The notes under the pieces were generated by a model, which had not been told where the DNA came from, did no database searches, and saw only the letters and a program-made list of their open reading frames with translations. The position numbers and the translations under genes are program-made. Below, one piece after another: positions 46,038 through 53,046 of a stretch of 64,000 nucleotides of DNA. The stretch spans positions 20,162 to 84,161 of the forward strand of contig JAKSCK010000116.1 of NCBI GenBank assembly GCA_022360655.1, in the 5' to 3' direction. This DNA is from Spirochaetales bacterium (lineage in GTDB: Bacteria > Spirochaetota > Spirochaetia > DSM-2461). Position 1 is the stretch's first letter. Every line of letters starts with the position of its first letter.

Positions 46038-47321
46038 ATGAAAAAAGCGCTCGCATTTTTGTTTGTCTGCCTGGCGCTCACCGGCATGGCCTTTGCCAAT
46101 GGTGCCGATGAAAAAGGCGATTCTGAGCGAATCACCCTGAATGTGATGGGTTACGGCGATAACTCAAACCAAGAAGGAATCAGCTGGCGACGAATGGTCA
46201 CCACCTTCCAAGAAGAGAATCCCAACATCACCATTGTGGATGAGCTCTTGTATGACCAAGCCTACCATCAGAAGGTCACAGCCCGTCTTGCAGCAGGTGA
46301 TGCTCCTCACTTGGCCTACATGGGTGCCGATGCACGCTGGGGAGCTCCCTGGAAAGAAGCGGGAATGCAGATTGATAACCGCCCCTACATTGATACCAAT
46401 CTTTTTGACATGAATCTCATTCCTGAAATGGGCCCCAACGGTGAACGTTATTATCTTCCCATTGGAACCTCCAACATCACCACCGTTCTTTTCATGAATG
46501 AACCTCTTGTTCAATCTCTTGGATTCGCCGCCCCTGAAACCTATGCAGATTTGGTTGCCATGGTCCCCGCAGCCAAGGCTGCCGGACTTCAGGTTGTATC
46601 CATCGATGGGGCAGATGGATGGGCCTGGGGCTCCTGCCTCCTATCCGCCCTCATTGCTCGAACCTCTGGTGACACTCAATGGGTATCCAAAGCCGTTGCT
46701 GGTGAGAACGCCTTTGATGATGAGGCCATGGTGAAGGCTCTGGGCTTGATTGAAACCATGGTGGCTGACGGTGTTATTGATTCCAAGAATGTTCTGGTGG
46801 ACTACGGCTCCAACATCTCTGCTTTTTCCAATGAACAGGCTCTCTTCTTTGTTCAAGGTCAATGGGCCGCCGGTGGTGTGGAAAATACCGATGTTCGAAA
46901 TTCCATGAAACTCATGGCCTGGCCCACTCTTCCCGGACAGAAGAGTGGTATGGAAGGTTCAGTTGCTGCAGCATGGAGTGTTGGATACGGTCTCACAAAA
47001 CGAGCGGAAGATGACGGTGTGCAAGAGGCCGCTGCCAAGTTCCTGGCCTATGTGAATCGCGTGGAAGAATCCACTCAACGCCTGCGGGACGGAGCCATTG
47101 TGGCCCCTGTGAACAAGGGCTACGTGGTTCCTGATGACCTTCCTGTGGAAGTGGCTCAGAAAGTGGCTCTGGCTCAAAGCTCTCTGAACACAGAAGTGAT
47201 TGATGCCTTCCTGACCGGACCTCCCAACGACGCATTGAATGCCGGCATGCAGAAAATTGCTGCTGGTGAAGCAACCGCTGCTGAGGTTGCGGCTGAGGTG
47301 GAAGCCCTGGCTCGTCAGTAA
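46038..47321 (+). CDS. CUT1 sugar ABC transporter substrate-binding protein
   Basis: Start set to the ATG 46038, 5 nt after GGAGG. Signal peptide MKKALAFLFVCLALTGMAFA. 427 aa. Confidence 0.88.
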   Translation: MKKALAFLFVCLALTGMAFANGADEKGDSERITLNVMGYGDNSNQEGISWRRMVTTFQEENPNITIVDELLYDQAYHQKVTARLAAGDAPHLAYMGADARWGAPWKEAGMQIDNRPYIDTNLFDMNLIPEMGPNGERYYLPIGTSNITTVLFMNEPLVQSLGFAAPETYADLVAMVPAAKAAGLQVVSIDGADGWAWGSCLLSALIARTSGDTQWVSKAVAGENAFDDEAMVKALGLIETMVADGVIDSKNVLVDYGSNISAFSNEQALFFVQGQWAAGGVENTDVRNSMKLMAWPTLPGQKSGMEGSVAAAWSVGYGLTKRAEDDGVQEAAAKFLAYVNRVEESTQRLRDGAIVAPVNKGYVVPDDLPVEVAQKVALAQSSLNTEVIDAFLTGPPNDALNAGMQKIAAGEATAAEVAAEVEALARQ

Positions 47322-47330
47322 AAAGTACCA

Positions 47331-47362
47331 AGGGTGTCAGAGGTCTCTGGCACCCTTTTTTT
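47331..47362 (+). terminator. Rho-independent terminator/attenuator after the SBP gene
   Basis: agggtgtcaga-ggtc-tctggcaccct (11-bp stem with one G-U pair) followed by tttttt. Confidence 0.8.
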
Positions 47363-47437
47363 GTCAGAGACCTCATCGGCCCGCTCCAGAAACCTGTTTG
47401 GGAGCAGACCGATACGGCCTGTGGCCGAGGAGAACCC

Positions 47438-48352
47438 ATGAATCCACGTGACAAACGAAAATTGCTCGGCTATGCCGGGTTTATCGCTCCAGGATTGGCC
47501 ATCTATTTATTTATTGTGGCCTATCCTGTCATTTACTCCATAGGATTGAGTTTCACTGACTACAATCCAAATCGTGGAGGAGAATGGAGTTTTGTTGGCC
47601 TTCTCCAGTACAAAACCATGTTCTCTAATCCTATGTTCTGGCATTCCCTTAAAAACAACATGATTGTGGTAGCAGTGAGTGCCTTTGGCCAAATCCCCAT
47701 TGGATTTGCCTTGGCTTACATTTTGTACCGAGGACTTGTGAAAGGAAGGGATTTCTTTCAATCCATGGTATTTCTTCCCCAATTCCTTTCCCCTATTGTG
47801 ATTGGGATTCTCTTCCGAAAACTGGTTGGTGCCGATGGACCTGTTTCCCGCCTTCTTCAACTCATGAGTGGCGATCCTGGGAAACAATTCACCCTCATGC
47901 TCAAAAGTGGGACGGTTATGCTTCCCATAGCCTTTGCTCTCTTATGGATGTACACCGGTTTTTACATGGTGATCTTTCTGGCCAATCTGCAAAAAATTGA
48001 TTCCCATGTTATTGAAGCGGCCAAGATTGATGGGGCCAGTGAAACTCAAATATTTGGAAGGGTTATTGTTCCCATGCTTTCCGGAACCATTCTTGTCACA
48101 ACCATCCTGGCCATTGCCGGCTCCCTCAAGGGATTTGATCTGATTTTTGCCATCACCACAGAAGGACTCCAGCGAAACAACGCCATGGTACTTCCTATTT
48201 TCATGTATCAAACGGCATTCCAGGATTACACCAACACCATGCGCTTTGCCTTTGGATCTGCCATTTCCAATGCCATTGTGGTGATTTCTGTGGCCCTCAT
48301 TGGTGTGGCCAATGCCGTTGCCAAGCGCTTTAACGCAGGGGAGATTGGCTGA
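47438..48352 (+). CDS. Sugar ABC transporter permease (MalF-like)
   Basis: 304 aa, EAA loop (VIEAAKIDGASETQIF). Confidence 0.88.
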   Translation: MNPRDKRKLLGYAGFIAPGLAIYLFIVAYPVIYSIGLSFTDYNPNRGGEWSFVGLLQYKTMFSNPMFWHSLKNNMIVVAVSAFGQIPIGFALAYILYRGLVKGRDFFQSMVFLPQFLSPIVIGILFRKLVGADGPVSRLLQLMSGDPGKQFTLMLKSGTVMLPIAFALLWMYTGFYMVIFLANLQKIDSHVIEAAKIDGASETQIFGRVIVPMLSGTILVTTILAIAGSLKGFDLIFAITTEGLQRNNAMVLPIFMYQTAFQDYTNTMRFAFGSAISNAIVVISVALIGVANAVAKRFNAGEIG

Positions 48353-49449
48353 TGAAAACTCAAGAAAATCACAACTTCCGCGTTGGAACCATCCTCTCCT
48401 ACATCCTCTTTCTGGGATGGACCCTCCTCACCATCCTCCCTCTCTTCTGGATGGCCTACTCTTCCTTCAAATCCAATGAAGAACTCACCCGTGACATCTA
48501 TGCCTTTCCCAAAGATCTCTTTGAAAACGTGGATGATGAATATGTGGTCATTGCTCCCTCTTTGAATCTGATGATGCCGAAAGAGGTGCGTTCAGCCACC
48601 TCTGAATACCTCATCATTGAATCCACAAGCATTGCTCCTAATCGCCTTCTCATGGTGCATTACCTCCCCAAAAAAGACTTAGATCCTCATGTGGCCCAAA
48701 GAAAAACTGGGGACAAAATTTACGTCAATGAACTTCCTCGGCGACTCCAACGTCAGGTGAATCGCACCACAATCTGGTTCAATTACACCTCAGCCTTCCG
48801 ACGTGGTGCCCTGGGAGGAAAATTCCTCAACAGCATTCTTTATGCCAGTGTGTCCACATTCTTGATGGTGTTTTTCAGTCTCATGATTGGTTACGCTGTG
48901 AGTAAATTCCCCTTCAAGAAGCTCTCAGCTGTGGTGATGGGTTTGATTGGTGTGGGATATCTCATCAGCACCAATTCGGTCATCATCCCTCTCTTCCTCA
49001 TGCTCTCCAACCTGTCACTCACCGATACCCATGTTGGCATCATCTTGGTGTACACCGCCTTTGGTATTCCCATGTCGGTGCTCCTGGCCTCACAATTCAT
49101 ACGCGGCCTCCCCGACAGCCTCATTGAATCCGCGGAAATTGATGGTGCTGGAATGTTCCGAGCCTTTCGAAGCATCATCATTCCCATGACGGTTCCCGTC
49201 ATCATTACCATCTCCATCATCAATGCCCTGGGAATCTGGAATGAATTCCTGTTGGTTCTGGTCCTGGCCAGCAAGGAAATCACCAAATCTTTGCCTGTGG
49301 GTGTGTACTCATTCTCCAGTCTCACCAGCACTCAACTGGGATGGCAATTAGCCGCCTTGGTGATTGCCACCCTTCCCACCATGCTGGTGTACTTCTCCTT
49401 CAATAGGAGAATCACACGAGGCGTGGTGGCAGGAGCTGTAAAAGGTTAA
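48352..49449 (+). CDS. Sugar ABC transporter permease (MalG-like with a ~100-aa periplasmic insertion)
   Basis: 365 aa. TGATG overlap with the upstream permease. EAA loop (LIESAEIDGAGMFRAF). Confidence 0.88.
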   Translation: MKTQENHNFRVGTILSYILFLGWTLLTILPLFWMAYSSFKSNEELTRDIYAFPKDLFENVDDEYVVIAPSLNLMMPKEVRSATSEYLIIESTSIAPNRLLMVHYLPKKDLDPHVAQRKTGDKIYVNELPRRLQRQVNRTTIWFNYTSAFRRGALGGKFLNSILYASVSTFLMVFFSLMIGYAVSKFPFKKLSAVVMGLIGVGYLISTNSVIIPLFLMLSNLSLTDTHVGIILVYTAFGIPMSVLLASQFIRGLPDSLIESAEIDGAGMFRAFRSIIIPMTVPVIITISIINALGIWNEFLLVLVLASKEITKSLPVGVYSFSSLTSTQLGWQLAALVIATLPTMLVYFSFNRRITRGVVAGAVKG

Positions 49450-49614
49450 GCATTTCCGGCCCCCCGCAGGGGTCGGATTACACCACCCCGATTTGTCCAT
49501 GGACTCACCTCACAGAGTGATGCAAAGATGGTAAGTGCGGAGGCTTCTCCTTGCTGCCTCAAAGAAGGGCAAACCAAGGAAGACTCCACTGGAACACATT
49601 CACAGGAGTCCCAT

Positions 49615-50796
49615 ATGTTGAAGGGTAACGCCCTCGTCGGCCAGTCCGGCGGCCCCACCAGCGTCATCAATTCCAGCCTTCAAGGCGTCATTCAAGCCGC
49701 GAAAGCTTCTTCTGTCATTGAGACAGTTTATGGAATGAAATTCGGAATCGACGGCTTCATGGCTGATCAGTTGTGGAATCTCAGCACCCAAAGTGATGCC
49801 GTGGTGGCAGGATTGTCCTCCACCCCCTCATCCGCTCTTGGCTCCTCCCGTTACAAACTCAAAGATGCAGACCTCCCTGCCGTGCGGGATGCCTTGGAGC
49901 GCCATAATATTCGCTATTTCTTCCTCATTGGTGGAAATGACACCATGGATACCGTCCATCGTGTGGAAGCCTACTGCCGAGAAAATGGGTATGAGCTACG
50001 CGGCATTGGCATTCCCAAAACCGTGGACAATGACCTCTTTGGCACAGACCATACCCCCGGCTATCCCTCTGCTGCTCGCTACAATGCCCTTTGTGTTCAG
50101 CAGTCTGGCCGATTAGCCCGGGACATGCGAAAAGTGGATTCTTTTGTGGTGTATCAAACCATTGGGCGTGATGCCGGTTGGCTTGCCGCTGCCACGGCCC
50201 TGGCCAGAAAAGAAGAGGGAGACGCCCCCCACCTCATCTACTGCCCCGAACGCCCCTTTGATAAAGAAGCGTTCTTAGAAGATGCCCAGGCCTGCATCAA
50301 AAAGCATGGCTTTGTCAGTGTGGTGGTGAGTGAAGGCCTCAAATATGCCGATGGCACTCCCGTAAGTGCCTCAGGAACCCAAGATAAATTTGGCAACACC
50401 GAATACGGTGCCATGGGTGGTTCCAGTGTGGGCCTCAATGTCCACAAGATTCTGGCCGAAGCCACCGGCCTCCGGGGAGAATTCCAAATCACCGAATCCC
50501 TTCCCATGTGTGCCATTGACCGGGCCGAAGCTGCGGACATTGAACGTGCCAATGGTTGTGGAAAAGAAGCCGTACGCCTGGCGGAAGCTGGAGAAACCGG
50601 CTTCATGGTCACCATTGATCGCACAGATTCTGGCTTCACCTACGGCAAAGCCCCCCTCTCCTCTGTGGCCGTGCGTGCCAAAGAAATGCCCGAAGAAATG
50701 ATCAACGACCGGGGAAATGACATCACCGAAGCCTTCATGGACTACATCCGTCCCTTGGTCACCCCCCTTCCTGAATACGTGAGTTTGGAGGCCTAG
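49615..50796 (+). CDS. PfkA-family phosphofructokinase paralog with PPi-type active-site residues
   Basis: Start at the ATG 49615 after CAGGAG. GQSGGPTSVIN, IGGNDT (Asp at the position that is Gly in ATP-PFKs) and IPKTVDND (Lys at the position that is Gly in ATP-PFKs). Confidence 0.8.
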   Translation: MLKGNALVGQSGGPTSVINSSLQGVIQAAKASSVIETVYGMKFGIDGFMADQLWNLSTQSDAVVAGLSSTPSSALGSSRYKLKDADLPAVRDALERHNIRYFFLIGGNDTMDTVHRVEAYCRENGYELRGIGIPKTVDNDLFGTDHTPGYPSAARYNALCVQQSGRLARDMRKVDSFVVYQTIGRDAGWLAAATALARKEEGDAPHLIYCPERPFDKEAFLEDAQACIKKHGFVSVVVSEGLKYADGTPVSASGTQDKFGNTEYGAMGGSSVGLNVHKILAEATGLRGEFQITESLPMCAIDRAEAADIERANGCGKEAVRLAEAGETGFMVTIDRTDSGFTYGKAPLSSVAVRAKEMPEEMINDRGNDITEAFMDYIRPLVTPLPEYVSLEA

Positions 50797-50797
50797 A

Positions 50798-51580
50798 ATG
50801 AGTCGTTTTGCCAAAAATCTGCTCATCATCCAGGCCCATCCTGATGATGCTGAGGCCTGGAGTGCCGGAACCCTCTCCCTTCTGAAGGACAAAGGCTGGA
50901 CCATCACCATTGCCTCCCTCACCGCTGGCAACATGGGTGGCGTGGGCATGAGTGAAGAAGAAACCGTGGCCACCCGCGTGGAAGAAGCCAAGGCTGCCGC
51001 CGCCGCCCTGGGCGCTAACTTCCACTGTTTTATGCGTCGGGATGCCTATCTTTTTGACAGCGAAGAACTCCGCATTGAAGTGGTGTCCTTGATTCGCAAG
51101 GTCAAAGCTGGTGTGGTGATTACCCATGCCCCCTTTGATTACCATCAAGACCACCGCACCACCTGCCAGGTGGTGGATGCTGCTGCCATTGTGTCCTCCC
51201 TCCCCAATGTTCCCAGCCCGGAACCTCCCCTGGACATCACTCCTTTGCTTTACCATGGCATGCCCATGAGCCTTTCTGACCCATTGGGAAATCCTGTCCC
51301 GGAACCCCACTTTTTTGTGGACATTTCTGGGAAGCCCATGGAAAAGAAAATGGAAATGCTCACCCACCATAAAACCCAGCAGGATTTGATGCGCCTCATG
51401 CACAAAATGGACGACTTCTTTGGGGAAATGCGCATCTTCAACGCCGAACTCGGCGCCATGGTGGGATGTGCAGAAGCCGAATGCTACTGGCAGCATCTTG
51501 GGGGGGGGTACCAAAAAGATCCTCTGCTCCAAGAGGAACTGGCCCCCTACATTCGCCACAGAGAAGAAAACCAGAAATAG
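50798..51580 (+). CDS. PIG-L/LmbE family de-N-acetylase
   Basis: 260 aa. AHPDD motif (LLIIQAHPDDAEAW) and HxDH motif (DYHQDHRTT). The ATG is 1 nt after the PFK stop. Confidence 0.85.
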   Translation: MSRFAKNLLIIQAHPDDAEAWSAGTLSLLKDKGWTITIASLTAGNMGGVGMSEEETVATRVEEAKAAAAALGANFHCFMRRDAYLFDSEELRIEVVSLIRKVKAGVVITHAPFDYHQDHRTTCQVVDAAAIVSSLPNVPSPEPPLDITPLLYHGMPMSLSDPLGNPVPEPHFFVDISGKPMEKKMEMLTHHKTQQDLMRLMHKMDDFFGEMRIFNAELGAMVGCAEAECYWQHLGGGYQKDPLLQEELAPYIRHREENQK

Positions 51581-51586
51581 ATTGTG

Positions 51587-51624
51587 GAACCATTTCATCC
51601 CGGCAGAGGCCCATGGAATGGTTC
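51587..51624 (+). terminator. Hairpin directly after the PIG-L gene
   Basis: gaaccatttcat (51587-51598) / atggaatggttc (51613-51624), 12-bp stem with one G-U pair. No U-tract. Confidence 0.4.
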
Positions 51625-51844
51625 TCATCACAGATTGGACCAAAAAAGCAGTCGCTGAGGAACATCCTCACCTTGCTTCTTCTTTTTTCCACTCTGTCCT
51701 AGACTAGGAAGCACCAAGAATCCTGCTCATCCAACAAAGATTCTTGGATCAGAACTTTTGGCCCAATCCCATCCCAAAGGATGAATCCGGCCAATGGAGG
51801 ATTGGAACCTTCGTCAGACCAAGGTTCCCAACATAGGAGATCTC

Positions 51845-52852
51845 ATGAACAATACCGACGCCAAATACACCCGTTTTGCCCTCTGTAAAGAGATGCTGGA
51901 AACCCCCGATGTGATGCGCAACTTCAATGCCGAATCCGTAGCCCCCCTGGCTGCCCTGGTCAAAGATGCCTCCAAAATCATGCTCACCGGAGAAGGGTCC
52001 AGCCGCATCTTCCCCGCCAAACGCGCCATTGTGGAAGCCCTGCGCCAGGGTCTCACGGCTCCTGTCACCGAAGGCGCCACCCAGGCCATGGAATATAGAC
52101 TCAGTGACTATGGCATCCTTGGCGCTTCCAACTCCGGACGCACACGGGAACTGGTTCGCCTCTTCCGCAAACTCCGAGAAGAAGGCCATAAACAGTTGGC
52201 CGGCCTCTGTGCCCACCCCAACACCCCCTTAGAAGAGGCCTCTGACGCCTACATGGTTCTGGGTTGCGGTAATGAAGAAGCCGTGGCCGCCACCAAGAGC
52301 GTAGCCGAGCAGGCCATGGCCTGGCAGACCCTCTTTGCCTCCCTCAATGGCCAGGAACTCCCCCCCGTGGAACAGGGAGCCGCCGCTGTGCAGCAAGCCC
52401 TCACCGTGGACGTTCCTGAAGAATTCAGCAGCGCCATGGCCAATGCCCGCACCATCTTCTTTGCCGGACGCAATGACGGCGTGGCCGAAGAACTCACCCT
52501 CAAAACCAATGAGATTGTCCGCAAAACCTCCGATTTCCTCGAAGGCACCTATGTGGCCCACGGAATTGAGGAAATCATGCGGGAAGATGACGTCATCATT
52601 CTGGTGAACCCCTTCCCCGAAGAAGAAGAGAAGATTCGCGAGTGTGTGGCTCAAGGTGTTGGCGCCAAAGTCTTTGCCATTGCCTCACGTGACACCCTCT
52701 TCCCCACCCTTCGCGTCCCCGAAGCGGGAGAATGGAATGAATACGTCCTCCTGGCCGCCGGTTGGAACCTCCTGGTAGAAGCCGGAATTGCCGCCGGAAT
52801 TGACCTGGACAAACCCGAACGCGCCCGTAAAGTCGGTAACGAAGTCGACTAA
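51845..52852 (+). CDS. Double-SIS-domain sugar-phosphate isomerase/deaminase-like protein (GlmS isomerase-domain, GlmD/AgaS/FrlB type)
   Basis: Start at the ATG 51845, 4 nt after AGGAGA. SIS motifs (IMLTGEGSSRIF, GASNSGRTRE, EEAVAATKS). 335 aa and no glutaminase domain. Confidence 0.8.
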   Translation: MNNTDAKYTRFALCKEMLETPDVMRNFNAESVAPLAALVKDASKIMLTGEGSSRIFPAKRAIVEALRQGLTAPVTEGATQAMEYRLSDYGILGASNSGRTRELVRLFRKLREEGHKQLAGLCAHPNTPLEEASDAYMVLGCGNEEAVAATKSVAEQAMAWQTLFASLNGQELPPVEQGAAAVQQALTVDVPEEFSSAMANARTIFFAGRNDGVAEELTLKTNEIVRKTSDFLEGTYVAHGIEEIMREDDVIILVNPFPEEEEKIRECVAQGVGAKVFAIASRDTLFPTLRVPEAGEWNEYVLLAAGWNLLVEAGIAAGIDLDKPERARKVGNEVD

Positions 52853-52892
52853 ACCATAATCTCCAGAATCCTCTCTTGTTGATTTTGGAGAA

Positions 52893-52911
52893 GCCCCGCC
52901 TCTGGCGGGGC
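52893..52911 (+). terminator. GC hairpin after the SIS gene
   Basis: gccccgcc-tct-ggcggggc, a perfect 8-bp stem 41 nt after the stop. No U-tract. Confidence 0.4.
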
Positions 52912-53046
52912 CGGGCTATCCGGGGCTCCGGCTCTCGCCTTCGGCCCCGCATGCGCGGGTCCCCTGCGGGCCCCTCCTATCCCTCTTCCACACCTCTTTT
53001 CCCACCATGGGTGACCTGGGCACCAGAGCACCGTTATACTTCCCCC

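Noticed and set aside
50759-51643. 294-aa minus-strand ORF, Gly/His/Phe-rich, antisense to the PIG-L gene.
   Set aside because: Low-complexity shadow ORF opposite a CDS with strong family motifs. No SD and no recognisable domain.
52853-53046. glmS ribozyme in the GC-rich leader, considered because of the amino-sugar gene context.
   Set aside because: I see none of the conserved glmS core segments as I remember them (for example the AGCGCCAGAAC-like or GACGAGGA-like stretches), and the downstream gene is not glmS.
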